A DNA stretch of 61,097 bases, filler included, from Diploschistes diacapsis (Eukaryota), in NCBI GenBank assembly GCA_023645945.1. It is 4 parts of 4 records of this genome, joined end to end, with 100 filler letters (N's around TTAATTAATTAA, not from the genome) between each part and the next. Parts side by side here need not be neighbours in the genome. Positions count along the whole stretch, not along the records: positions 15,314 to 30,519 come from JALAIB010000566.1; positions 30,620 to 45,818 come from JALAIB010000567.1; 2 more parts are not named here. One strand, 5' to 3'. Shown in pieces: positions 28,229 to 40,383 of this stretch. The notes under the pieces are model-generated. The model was not told the DNA's origin. It ran no database searches and worked only from the letters and a program-made list of their open reading frames with translations. Positions within the stretch are counted from its first letter, which is position 1. Each line of letters begins with the position of its first letter. Both the position numbers and the translations under genes were made by a program.

Positions 28229-28872
28229 CTTGAAAGTGCGCTATAAGCTGCTCGAAGTGGCTGCTTTGGGGCGGGACTTCGACCAAAGGACGGGATGGCG
28301 GTGAGTGCGCAGGGACCTTGTCGCAGGTTCAGGAGCCGAGACTCGAGGAATTGTCGGCGGGAAGAAGTGACTTGGAGCTGTAATATTTTGTAAACGAAGC
28401 TCGTGAATCAGGAGAGGACACGAGTTACGGAGGCCGAGTACCTGGAAATTAAAAATTATCGTGAACTTTTGGCCCCCTTCGTGCCTGCAGAGACCCCCGG
28501 TCTGTCAGCCCTGCCTTACTTACTCGGTTGTTCAAGGGGTCGCTTTCCGAAAGGGGATGATGGTATTGGGCCAAGTACCTTTGCGTACCCTTCAGGAATA
28601 CCGACTCTTAGCGTTGGAGCAGCTTTCCACAGCTGTTTTGGGGAAAATGGGTTGATGCACTAACAGGTTGACACACACACAAGCTGTATACTCCCCCACG
28701 GGCGGAACCATCGGCATGTTCACCTGGTCCAGCTAAATGCCCTTTATACTAATCCAAATCCTTTAACGAATATATCGTGCTTAATATAGTTTAGTAGTTT
28801 CGTTAATCCGTCGGCAATTATCTTATTTATAAATATATAAATAACATTAACACGGCTTCGTTTAACTAAATC

Positions 28873-29239
28873 TGAAACGCCAGCGCAGGAAAGGATGCTA
28901 TTCTACCGGGGGCTAGGCCTGATCCGGAAGGATTAGATATAGCTTAAATATCTATAGATAAAAGATCTCGATTCGAAAAGCTGAAGAAGAAATTATCTAA
29001 ATAAAAGAAAAATACCGTTAAGTAGTATAAGTGTTAACCTACCGGGGTTCGAGAAGTACTTATCTACACAGCCATCTTTTAACCCTGCCGTGTCTTAGCA
29101 AGCATCTGGGTATTAACCCTGCCGTGACTTAACAAGCACCTGGGCATTGACCCTACCGTGGCTTAACAAGCACCTAAGCATTAACCCTACCGTGGCTTGA
29201 CAGGCCCAGCTTAGCAGGCCCCTAAGCTAGGCTATCTCA
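28873..29239 (-). repeat. Putative 3' LTR (~367 bp)
   Basis: On the minus strand it begins with TG directly after the PPT (TGAGATAGCC) and ends GGCGTTTCA, giving imperfect terminal inverted repeats. The left boundary is inferred. Confidence 0.6.
29079..29202. repeat. 34-bp tandem repeat, about 3.6 copies, inside the LTR
   Basis: Units TT(A/G)ACCCT(G/A)CCGTG.CTTA.CAAGCA.CT..G.A, with the ACCCT core recurring at a 34-bp period (29081, 29115, 29149, 29183). Confidence 0.9.
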
Positions 29240-30519
29240 TTACCCTTTTCTCCAGATATTTATATCTCTTATAAACGCGATGTTCTTTTTTAATTAATCT
29301 CCACTTCGATTTTCACCTCTTTTTTTAATTTATTTAAAAGAATACCCGTTATTTTTTCGTAATAGATATTTCCGTCTTTTTAAACTTCTTTTAGCGTCGT
29401 TTTTAATTAAATACGCTTTTAAATTCTATAAGAAAGTATAATCGTCGTAATAATCGATATTCTTTTATTTTAAAAATTTATTTCCGTTTATAATTCTTAT
29501 TAAAATAAATTATTTATTCCCGGGTATTATTAACCACGGAGGTCTTATCTTTTCGGGATTTAATTAATAAAATTCTTGTAAGATCTCGAAAGCATTTTCG
29601 AAATTAACGGCGAAATATTAACTATCGTCGGTAAATCATTTTATTCAACGTATCCTATATTAGACGTTCATTCCTCGCCCGAGGTCTTTTTTAACGTCGA
29701 AAATTTCTTCGATCTTCCATTCTTTTCCGCCCTCCGTCTTTATCGAGAATGGTTTAAAATGAGTTTATCTTTTTAAAAAATCTTACGGGTCTTTCGAAAA
29801 TAAAAACGAATAAAAGAGTTTAAATTATTTTATCGACGTTAACAGATTTAGTTTAAAATCTATATCGTTTATCTTCCGTAAAACGTTATAAAGGCCGTTT
29901 TATTTATTATTTAACTTCTTACAGGCTCGGGTAATTTTAATATTGCGTATATCTAATTAAACCGAGTCGCCGGAATTAATCTTTTTAACGAAACGTCGAT
30001 ACTCGTCCGCGTATCGCTTTTATCGTTATTACGTTAATATTATATATCTTTTAACGAAGTTTCAGGTGTCTTATATAATTTCGACGATAATATTAGTATT
30101 TCGGTTATTTATTTTCTCGCGGGTAATAACTTTTTACTTCGTTATTTTATCGATATTGAAAGATATCCGAAATTCGCATCCCCGGGTAACGAAGAATAGC
30201 GAACATTTCATTAATTCCGATTCAACCGCGTTAATAACGAATTTTATTATAAATAACAACCGTCCCCAATTTTTCTACGAATAGTAAACGAAGGTTCGTA
30301 AATATCGTTCTATTTCTTTATTAATATTTTCGGTTTAACCGTTCGTCTAAAAATAAAAAGCCGTCGATAACTTAAAACGGATATATAATATATCATATAA
30401 ATATTATTATAATTAATTAACGAACTAGATCCTTTTATCGAATATAATAATTAAAAGTAGATTATAATATTTTTATACATACTTATAGAATAATTAAGTT
30501 ATTATTTTAATTTTTATGC

Positions 30520-30619
30520 NNNNNNNNNNNNNNNNNNNNNNNNNNNNNNNNNNNNNNNNNNNNTTAATTAATTAANNNNNNNNNNNNNNNNNNNNNNNNN
30601 NNNNNNNNNNNNNNNNNNN
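30520..30619. other. Artificial contig spacer N44-TTAATTAATTAA-N44
   Basis: Same 100-bp spacer. Confidence 0.97.
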
Positions 30620-32279
30620 GGGTGAGTGGGGACAAGAGGAGGAGTTGGCTCTTGGGCTTTCCGACGCCTTCTATTGGCGGCGAGGAGTTGGAGGGGCTGG
30701 ATAGCAGGAGAGAGGAGACTGAAGGGAGGAAGAAGAAGGGGGGGTGTTGTTAAAGCGGTAGGGGTCGGGGCACGGTAACAACGGGAAGGCGGGAAGGGGT
30801 GATGATGCATCGGGCTTACGACTGGTCCTTTACTTGCTTTCGAGATCAAGCTACGGATGGACGCCGGCTACGAAGCACACGTTCAGTTCTATGCTTGCCT
30901 CTACTAACTAGTTGCTTCGCTTAGGGAGTGTTCGGCCCGTTGGTGGACGCATGCATGCCTGCATGTCCCGGCGTTGTTCCAAGGGAGCGTCGTATTGCGC
31001 GAGTTATGATTATGGACAGCGCAGACAGATGGATAAATGAATAAACAGATGGATACCGCTTGTGTGGCTTCCTTGCTTGGAGATAGATAGCGGAGATAGC
31101 CCGCAGGCTCTTACCGGGATGAAGTTAATTACCTACTGAACGGGCTTCGCTACTTTGCCACCGTGGTCGGTGCAGTTACAGTTCTGTTCCCCCACAAATG
31201 GATTTGTTTGCTGTAGTAGTTCTTTTCTAATGTGCCAGCAATTTAAACTTAGAAACATCTAGTCGTTCTTCCCAGTTGTGCTAGATATGCGTGTCGCTTG
31301 CTTTTCGGGCCGAGGAGTAATGGATTGACGGTTGCGATATTACATAGTAGGTATGTAGGAGGGTACCGGGGTAGTTTTCACGTAGCGAGAAGTTACAACT
31401 TTGATCTCATTGAATAAAGGAGAGAGGGGAGGAGAGCATGGCGATTTGGGGGGAATGATGGGGCGTGGCAGTTGGGATGGCATGGGTGCTTTTACTCAGT
31501 TCCCTCCCTGGTGCTCGTGCTCCGGCTGCAAGTTTGGGGCTCTTCCACATCACATCGCATCAAGCCATCGACACGAGCACGATCATCACGAGCAGAAACG
31601 CAGAGCCCAGCACAGCATCGTCCGGGATAAGAGATGCATTCCTAAGCTACCGTTCCAGAGAATCTCCGCCGCGGCAGAGAAGACAGACAACAAGAGCACG
31701 CAGACAGCCTAGGGCCTAGAGCCTTTGATTCATTCCGTATTCATAAGGCCCGGCCCAGGCAATACCATCTTCCCTCTCCAATCATGCTCGTCATGCCATT
31801 CCATGCAAATTCCGTCCTATCCCGAGTCCATTGGCATGCATAGTAAAGTGGACGCAGAGCAGTCTGCCGGACCTCGGGCCTCGATAAAACGAGCCGGGAA
31901 ACAACGCGCACGGCCAAATCCAAATTCGAACAAGAAATCAGACGATAGAAAGAAACAAAGCACCAAACCGCCCCGTGTAACCGAACATCTCTCGTAGGAC
32001 CGATCCACGCTATGATAGCAAATGTCTCTCGTGAAATCGGATCCTCGGTCTTGAAGAAGTGAAAAAGGAGTAGCCCGCACAGCAGCAGCAACAACAAACA
32101 CATCTGCCACTCCCATCAAAGCCAGACCCGACCCAAACGCGTCGAGATAACAGAACCATTCCAACAAGCGCCCATGCCCCATCCTGCTCGAATCATTCCT
32201 CCGTCAAACGCCACCGCTTCCCGATCCCACCCCCGCTCACAACGACCTCAGCCCATCCACCGCAGCCAAAATTGCCGTA

Positions 32280-32524
32280 AGAAACCGGTGCGGTGGCTAC
32301 GCCATCGCGCGCACTAGTCTCTAACCAGGAAATTCCTCGCAGCGTCCTCGTTCAAAGCATAGTAGCCAAACAGAGGGGCAGTCGAAGAAATGTTGCATTG
32401 CTCCAGGATAAGGTGGAAGGGAGGTCAGTAGAGAGCGAGAAAAAGGAGGTTGGGTTCCGTCACCAAAGCTGGTTGTCGTTGAACCGAACAGTGCGGTGGC
32501 TGCGCCATCGCGCGCACTGGGCTC
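32280..32524. repeat. Two copies of a 28-nt hairpin-forming element (32288-32315, 32491-32518)
   Basis: GTGCGGTGGCT(A/G)CGCCATCGCGCGCACT, 27/28 identical. Each copy is enclosed by its own different complementary flanks. Confidence 0.8.
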
Positions 32525-32979
32525 GAAAAGAAAGAAGGGGATCCTTGACATCGACCTCACTGCGGTCTGGTGACCGAGTTTGAGGGACCTCGAAAGGATG
32601 GCTTTGGGTTTGGGGTAAGAGAGGCGAGTGAGGAGGGAGAGATGAGTGAGGAGGAGAAGGCGAGTTGGAAGGTCGGTTGCTGGAGTTGAAGGATCGAATC
32701 GGGCGAAGGAGGGTGGCGGATGTGTGTATATGCATTGCCCTGTGGGAAAAATCGAAGAGAAGGGTGAGGGGATGAGAACCTCTGACAATGGTGTTGGCGA
32801 GTATCCGGAGAAGGGGTGGTCATTAGCGGATCGCCAAGTTGCAAATGCTGAAAATAGAACGGGAAACGCGAGTAGTGAAATCAAAGTCGTGACAATGCGT
32901 GCTCAACGTAAAGCCCAATCGCCGTCGCTCATGCTGAAGTAATGGAATCAGTGGCGGGCGTACAAGTAGCCGAAGCTAC

Positions 32980-34980
32980 TTATGAGGTTGCTAGATGGTG
33001 GACAACAGTCTCGAGACTGTCGTCCACGTCGGCATTTTCTCCGTTGACCTTCCCTCCCTCAATCTCCTGCTCCGGGCTACTCTTCTCTGCAATTTCATCT
33101 TTGTCCTTGTCGGCAGCAGTAGCACTATTAGTCTCCATGTCGCCACTGATCTGAGTAGGTACGGCCTCCCGAACAGGCTTTTCGGTTGGTTGCTGTGGGT
33201 TAGTGTCCTCGACGCCTTCCATTGCAACAGAAGCCAGCATACTAAATTGGCCCCCTGCGCCGGCCCAAACAAGCTTTTCGTCCCTCACGGCCGTGTTGTC
33301 AATGAGCGTGGCAACTTCCACGTCCTCTCCTGATCCCTGGCCAGTCTGATAATTCGCACTGAATCCCCATGAGTACGCCTTACCCTCAGAAGTCACTGCC
33401 AGACAATGGTCTGAGCTCGCTGCTACCTTCGCGACCTGTTTCGGCTCTGGCAACACAGTCGGGACTTGCAACAGACGCCTATCCACAGCCTCTTTATCAT
33501 CGTCGAAGTAAAACTTGTCGTCAGGAATGTCATCCAGGTCCATACCGGCCTGTCCTCCGTCACATCTTCCCCAAGCTAGGACGTCTCCATTCGCTGTCAC
33601 AGCAAGCGAATGGTGTGAACCACCAGACAACTCGGTCACCTTCTTGCCCTTGAGGGCATCCACACGTGCCGGCTTGAGAATGGTGGCTCGATCTCCACCA
33701 GCGTCCTCCGGAATACCGGTCTGTCCGAACGAATTGGCTCCCCAAGACCAAACCTCTCCACTCTTGTCAATGGCAAACGAGTGGTAGGCGCCAGTTGCGA
33801 TCGACTCAATCTTGCCACGCGGAAGTCCGAACTCTGATGGGGTGAGGCCATTTTTGATGGTGCGCTCGACAATCCGACGACCAAGCTGGTTCTGTTGTCC
33901 CGACCCAAAAGCGAAGACATTACCCTTCTTGTCCAGAGCCAGGACGTGGTTCGCACCGCAAACGATGTCAACGATGTTCCGCATGCGGGGGATGGGAGCC
34001 AAGGTCTCTTGTACGAGAACTTCCTTGGAGAAACCCAAGATGCCATCATTGGCGCGAAAAGTCCCACAACCGTAGACCAGACCAGTGTCAGTTAGTGCCA
34101 TTGTAATGCTGTCGCCAGCTGCGACTTTGGTGAATCTGGTCCCTTCAGGAACATCAATGTAATCCACTTCATGAGGCGCCGACTCCAAAGGGTTCAAGTC
34201 GCTATTCAGCTCGTCGTCGTCGTGGTCGCTTGCATCTGCGTCCATGTCTTTGAGTTGCTCTCCAGACTTGGTAGAGCGGCCGAGTGCTCCCTGGTCGTTC
34301 ACACCCCAGGTGATAATCTTGTTGTCGTGCGTCAAAGCTGCCACGTGCATGCCTCCGACTGAGATTTGGACGACGCCGACGGTTTCGGGGAGCAACAGAG
34401 GGTTGAGGCGAGGACGCTTCACGTCAATGACCTTCTTCTTTTCGGATTCATGGAGATGGCCGAGGCCCAACTCGCCGCTCGATCCCTCGCCGAACACGTA
34501 AACCTTGAGCTTCTCCGTAGGCGCCTCGTTGATACTGGCTCCCGGACGCTTTGGTGCAGCTGGCCTCTTCTTCATTGGCGGCTCCTCCGTCGCGTCTTCG
34601 TCATCAACTTCACGTGCTCGCTTCTTGCTTACAGGCGCATTCTTCTTTGGTGGCTCCGGCGTGGCAGTCGCATCTTTCTTCGCAGTTGCTTTCGTCGCTT
34701 TCGGCTTTGACTTTGGTGCAGCCGACTTCCTTGCACCGGGTGCACTGGCTGCGGTTGATGCTTTGGTCTTCTTAGTCGCGGCTGTTGACTTTGCGGAGGT
34801 GGCTTTCGGGGGGTTGGTAGCGGTGGAGGTGGCTTTCCTCGTAGATGAGCGCGTAGACGTTGCTTTGCCTTTTTGAACTGCGGACTTCGCCGAGGACGTT
34901 GAAGATTTCGCAGTAGATGTCTTTGTCTTCGCCTTGCCTTTAGCAGGCGCAGCGGCCTTGGCTGATTTTCTCGGTGCCAT
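32980..34980 (-). CDS. RCC1 family Ran GEF (Prp20/Srm1/Pim1 ortholog)
   Basis: K/A/T-rich N-tail, then RCC1 repeats (VFGEGSSGELGLG, WGVNDQGALGR, GSGQQNQLGR, WGANSFGQTG, WGFSANYQTG). Confidence 0.93.
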   Translation of the reverse strand: MAPRKSAKAAAPAKGKAKTKTSTAKSSTSSAKSAVQKGKATSTRSSTRKATSTATNPPKATSAKSTAATKKTKASTAASAPGARKSAAPKSKPKATKATAKKDATATPEPPKKNAPVSKKRAREVDDEDATEEPPMKKRPAAPKRPGASINEAPTEKLKVYVFGEGSSGELGLGHLHESEKKKVIDVKRPRLNPLLLPETVGVVQISVGGMHVAALTHDNKIITWGVNDQGALGRSTKSGEQLKDMDADASDHDDDELNSDLNPLESAPHEVDYIDVPEGTRFTKVAAGDSITMALTDTGLVYGCGTFRANDGILGFSKEVLVQETLAPIPRMRNIVDIVCGANHVLALDKKGNVFAFGSGQQNQLGRRIVERTIKNGLTPSEFGLPRGKIESIATGAYHSFAIDKSGEVWSWGANSFGQTGIPEDAGGDRATILKPARVDALKGKKVTELSGGSHHSLAVTANGDVLAWGRCDGGQAGMDLDDIPDDKFYFDDDKEAVDRRLLQVPTVLPEPKQVAKVAASSDHCLAVTSEGKAYSWGFSANYQTGQGSGEDVEVATLIDNTAVRDEKLVWAGAGGQFSMLASVAMEGVEDTNPQQPTEKPVREAVPTQISGDMETNSATAADKDKDEIAEKSSPEQEIEGGKVNGENADVDDSLETVVHHLATS

Positions 34981-36103
34981 AATGAGCAGTCGAGGATGGC
35001 GATGCGAGACTTTGTGAATAGTTGGTTCAGATGTGAATGCAATCTTCGTTCCTCAGGTAGACACAGGTTCCAATATAGGCATTCAATGAGAAGAAGAGGA
35101 ATCTAATAAACAGAAGCCATCGTTAGCGACGTTCAAAGTTCTTGAAGCTCTTAAACAACATGTGTGGGAACGACTCGCAGCACAAAAGTACGTGTACAAG
35201 GGTACGCGACTTTTCCCCCAATAACATAATAATACTGAGACACACAAACCCGCCGTTTCGGGAACCCGAGTATTTTGCTGCTCTGCACGTGCGCACAACA
35301 ACAAAACTTCGTGGTCCGAGCGTTACATCTCGAATCTTGCAATATCAATACAGCATTTTAGAGACAGGCTATACAACCATAGCGTGAGCGGAGCTGTGTG
35401 GGCATGCATGAGCATAGGATAAGCTCCCCAGGATCTGCTGATCTTGTCCCAATGCCACTAAATTTGGCTTGAAGAATAATTACACTCGACGTACCTTTCT
35501 TGATTTGAATGCCAGACTGATTCGCAAAGATGAAAGCTCTAATATAGGTGTCAATGTTATTTCAAACCGTGAGTAGGCTCTACGTACCTTTCTTGACTTG
35601 ATCGCGAGACGGACTTGCGAGGATGAATGTCTTATTGCGAAAATGAAAGCTTGGATGTGAGCGTTGATGTTATTCCGAAAAGAAGAATATATTCTACATA
35701 CCTTTAAGCCTGACTGCAAGACCACTGCAATATTGAAATTTCAAAGCGGATGTTGTAGCTCACAAGAAGATCTGTTGGGAACTACGACGTGGTGAAGAGA
35801 AGAAAGGAAGAGGAAAATTTTTTCTTGAGGGAAGAAGGCATTATTTATATCTTCTGTCTTTGTTTTGAATCACTTAACACGAGTCTAACTCTCAGAGGAG
35901 TGGGCGCAGATGAGCAGATATTCCGATCTTCCTGAGGAGAGTCACCGTCTCTTTACCGCATGGGAACAAGCATTTGCCCCAAAACTTGGAATAGAGAGCA
36001 GAGACTCTACATGTGTAGCGCAGGACTGAAGCACTGATTACATCTAGCATTGCATAATAGGGGAACATGTGAATGGGCTCTTTCGCATCGTCAAGTTTAC
36101 AAA

Positions 36104-37057
36104 CTATATTTCCACCATTTGCCCGTTATGCCGTAGCTTTCCATAGTAATCTACGAGTGCCGAATTCACCATAATCGTCCCCTCTAGCTCTGCCCCCCAG
36201 ATACGCGTCCACACGATCCCTATCACATTGTACACGAGCACCCGTGCCACATCGAGCCAAAAGGTTGGGCTAATGAGACTGAAGATGCTCTTTCGAGGCG
36301 CGAGTCTCTCGTAAGCCTTCTGTGCTCCATCCCAGTATACTCTCTCCTTCCCCCTTCCCGCATGCACATGGCCGAATACGTGTAGCTGTGGTCTGACTCT
36401 CCAGACCTCTTTCAACAGATGGTCACAGCCCATGCCTATAGGTAGATCAAGGTGCCACCTAGGTGGCGTATGGGTGATTAGGACATCGACGTCAGGTGGC
36501 ACGGTTCCAGTCCAGGCATCCTCCTGTCGTTGATACTGAAAGGCCATCTCGTCCCCCCCACACGCAGGTATTTGCGGCGCGCCGAATAGAATCAGCTTCC
36601 TGTTGTTCTTCAACCGAAAGTCCAAGGTAATGCTCGAGTGTTGTAGGTAATGAATATTCTTAAAGTCAATTGCTTTGCCCCTATCGCTTAGAGACCTTGA
36701 CTTAGGATCAAAGAAGCTATCGTGGTTGCCGGCAATGGCAATAATGTATTTATAGGGCAGCGCTGATAGCCAGTCTACTTGGGCTTGAATATCCGATACT
36801 GTCCCGGAATTGGTAAGGTCTCCAGCGTGAATTAGAACGTCTCCCACGGGCAAGCTTGGGGTATTAGTGTGTGTATCCGAAATGCAAACTATTCGAATAG
36901 CCTCGCGAGGAGATGGAATAGCATGGCCTCGGATACCGACGAGGCAGCTATGTATGAATGATAGAGCAAGATGCACAGGCGTTGTGATAGCTTGATAGAC
37001 GAGTGAAGGGGCCTGAAAGGGGGATTCGGGCTGTGAAATCAGCGAGAGCACGCCCAT
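36104..37057 (-). CDS. Calcineurin-like metallophosphoesterase (MPPED1/239FB-like)
   Basis: CISDTH, HAGDLT, IAGNHD, THTPP and VFGHVH motifs. Confidence 0.9.
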   Translation of the reverse strand: MGVLSLISQPESPFQAPSLVYQAITTPVHLALSFIHSCLVGIRGHAIPSPREAIRIVCISDTHTNTPSLPVGDVLIHAGDLTNSGTVSDIQAQVDWLSALPYKYIIAIAGNHDSFFDPKSRSLSDRGKAIDFKNIHYLQHSSITLDFRLKNNRKLILFGAPQIPACGGDEMAFQYQRQEDAWTGTVPPDVDVLITHTPPRWHLDLPIGMGCDHLLKEVWRVRPQLHVFGHVHAGRGKERVYWDGAQKAYERLAPRKSIFSLISPTFWLDVARVLVYNVIGIVWTRIWGAELEGTIMVNSALVDYYGKLRHNGQMVEI

Positions 37058-37364
37058 GATCACCGCGCTCCCATGAGAAAGGGCAAATGAAATGAAATGC
37101 GACTCTATCGCTACTCGATGGCATTTTGATATTCTGGATCTAACCATTCAGAGTTGTAAATCTGCGGGATGTCTATCGGTGACGTCGTTTAGCGGGTTCC
37201 CACTTACTGCATTTGACGCCCCTGACGCGCTGCATTCTCTAAAGCCTGCTTTCCCCATGTTTCCCCCATGTTTCCGGGCATTCTTCTTTCCTCATGCTAG
37301 AAAACCTCTCCTACAACACATCTTTGAAGTCCGTGGTCATCATCTTGACCGTTTATGGAGTACA

Positions 37365-39748
37365 ATGGCTCGGAAAGCAGACAACAAGGTGCTCAACGAC
37401 AACCTGCACGTAGACTATGTGATTAGCTATCGATTCACAGAAACATGTACGTACATACGCGGCGAGATCACTATGACCCATCTAACCGGTATGTAGCCAA
37501 ACAAGAGGCACAAAAAGGACTCGAGAGATTAATTGAAGCTCTCGCGCGCACTGGCCTCCAGACTTCAGTTCGGAACGGACGGAATTGCTCCCTGCTCGTC
37601 TTTGTAAAGGCTCCTTCACCAGACTACTTTCAGAACGAATTGTACAAGTCAAGGTAGATCAACCTCATGTTGGGGTCTCCTTTGTTTGGATCGTGCTGAT
37701 TCGAAACAGAGTCAAGGACTGGCTCTATGGACTACGGGCAGCACAGCCTGACCGTGAGACACACAACGCTCTGAACGACTCGGCACCTACCGAAGGCGAA
37801 CGGTTTCGCATCGTGTATCATTTGATCACGAGTCCACCGCAAGAGGGTGGAGCGGGAATCAGGCCTAAAAGCGGAGATTGGAAAAATGTGGAATCGATAT
37901 TTCCTCTTCACGATAATGCCTTCAATAAGCAGTGGATTTCTAAGTGGAGCACGGAGACCTTCCTGAAGCCCGAGGATCTTGACGAAATACGTGATAGATT
38001 TGGAGAAAAAGTCAGCAAGCACATAGAACTCTTGATTAGCTTATTGCTAATGCTATTAGATTGCCTTCTACTTCGCCTTTACTCAGTCTTACTTCACATT
38101 CCTCATATTCCTAGCTGCCTTCGGACTTTCGGCGTGGGTTCTTCTCGGGCCTTTCAGTCCCATATATGCGATAGTCAACACTCTTTGGTGCGTTACCTTC
38201 ACCGAATACTGGAAGCGGCAAGAAATAGACATGGGCATCAGATGGGGCGTCAGGGGTGTATCGGAAATCCAGCAAAAGCGTCACGACTTTGAGCATGAGA
38301 AGGAAGTTAGGGACCCAATCACTGGGGAGACCATTCAGATCTTCTCCTCCACAAAGCGTCTCGCTAGGCAGACCTTGTCCATACCGTTTGCCCTTCTGGC
38401 TATGCTTGGGCTGGGCACCCTTATTGCGACTTGCTTTGGCATCGAAATCTTCCTGTCTGAGGTATATAATGGGCCATTCAAGAGCTTATTGGTTGGTTTG
38501 ACCCGCGACTATCGTTGAACTGTGCTAATAGTCCAGGTTTACCTACCCACTGTTCTTCTTACGACGCTTGTTCCAGTGTTAACAACTTTTCTGACTAACA
38601 TTGCGACCAAGCTAAACGACTTCGAGAACTACGAGACCACAGAAGGATACAAGGCCGCACTGACTGCAAAAATTTTTATCCTTAACTTCATCACCTCTTA
38701 CTTTCCGGTATTCCTAACCGCATTCGTTTACGTACCCTTTGGTAGCTTGATTGTTCCCTACCTCGATGTATTTCATATTACTGCCCGACCGTTTGCCGAG
38801 AATGATACCCAGCTGAAAGTTCCCAAGTCTGGCTTCCAGATCAACCCAGACCGCTTACAAAAGCAAGTGATATACTTCGCGATCACGGCTCAAATAGTCA
38901 ATTTCTTACTTGAGACAGTGGTCCCATATGTGAAGAGAATGGGCTTCCGAGAGTATCAAAGCTACAAGGCTGGACAGGCCGCCAAGAAAGGAGGCGGCGA
39001 CCCGGGAGCCAACATGAATGACCATAGTGAGGAGAGCGAGTTTCTCACCCGAGTCCGCGATGAGTGCGAGCTGGACGTATACGACGTCGATACAGACTTG
39101 CGAGAAATGGTCGTTCAATTCGGGTATCTGTCCCTTTTCTCATGCGTGTGGCCGCTTGTGCCTGTCTGCTACCTGGTCAACAACTGGGTTGAGCTTCGTT
39201 CTGATGCGGTCAAGATCGCCGTCGAAATGCAGAGACCCACGCCATTCCGTGCAGATGGGATCGGCCCCTGGCTTGACAGCTTGACCTTTTTGGCATGGCT
39301 TGGGAGCATCACTATGGCGGCCATTGTGTATCTCTTCGAGAGTGGTGGGGTGGGCCCCGGTGGTACGCCGGATTCCATCAGAGGATGGGCCCTTCTTCTC
39401 ACGATCTTCTTCTCGGAGCACATCTACCTTGTCGTTCGCCTCGTCGTGCGTATTGTCATATCTAAGATGGATTCTCCAGGTATGGCGAAGGAGCGTGCAG
39501 AGCGCTTCATGGTCCGCAAACGGTATCTTCAGGAGCACTTTGGCGATAATGCCATGGAACTTCCGGCAGGCCTGGGTGAGAAGATCACAAGGCAGAGTCT
39601 GGAAGACGATGCTCGCGCGGGGAGCTTGCAGTCGAGCTCACCAACCGATCGTTTCTGGGCGAGACAAAAGGGATGGCAGGAGAGCCTACAGGTTGGAAAC
39701 TCTCTTATCCAAAAGGCAGCTCCAGCCGAGTCCAAGAAACAGCAATAA
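37365..39748 (+). CDS. Anoctamin/TMEM16 Ca2+-activated scramblase/channel (Ist2-like), 5 exons
   Basis: IFPLHD, IRDRFGEK|IAFYFAF, EYWKRQE, EMVVQFGYLSLFS, NNWVELRSDAVK and RADGIGPW motifs, with canonical introns. Confidence 0.92.
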
Positions 39749-40383
39749 CGTGAATGGATGCCGCAATCATCTCAGCTGGCCGATGCTGCTCCAGAGCAGT
39801 GGTGATAGAAAGGGTTTGGCGAAGATACGAAGTGGAATTCTCTATCGGAGGGGGCGGGTGTCCAAGGCGCGGGCACTGACAAGAAAACGCGCAGCTGTAC
39901 CCACACACCTACATTATTTGTCACCTTGACAAATGTCCGTTCACTTCGGCTTGCACGCGACTTGTTCAACCTCCGTAGCTCCCCATACCGTCAAAAGGTC
40001 CTCGAAGTATTTCCATGCACTCCTACAATTCTATTCACAACTATCAAGTCGCATTTTACACTCGGGCGATTCAGTACATGCGAGTAGTTACCCTAAAGCA
40101 ATTAAAAACTTATGAACTATGGTAGACGAATCTGGTATCGATTTTCCACAAGACCGCCGCCTCTTCTCCTCTCTCTTTGGTCGAGAGACTGTAAGAGGCT
40201 GCAAAAGGCTGGACGGGAGAAAGGAACGGAACGGAGCGAACAAGCGAACGAGCGAACCAGTTCGAAACCTTCTTATTCGAAGTAAGCAGGTGTAATCACT
40301 TGGCTAGCATGCTAGCAAGCTCAAGTAGGTAGTTGTTACGGAGTAGGCAATCGGTCCTTCGGCGAAGGTGAAGCGAAGAGGGT

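Larger units (their letters stand above)
28873..30519 (-). mobile_element. RIP-inactivated Ty3/Gypsy chromovirus, 3' part (integrase C-terminus, chromodomain, PPT, 3' LTR)
   Basis: Minus-strand translation with stops gives GDSV*LDIRNIKITRACKKLNNK*NGLYNVLRKI (integrase GPY/F region) and KIEEIFDVKK…YRIR*…NFENAFEILQEFY (chromodomain). Polypurine tract GGAGAAAAGGGTAA at 29240-29253. Confidence 0.85.

Noticed and set aside
29079..29202. 34-bp periodic repeats as a CRISPR array
   Set aside because: Head-to-tail units without unique spacers, inside a fungal LTR.
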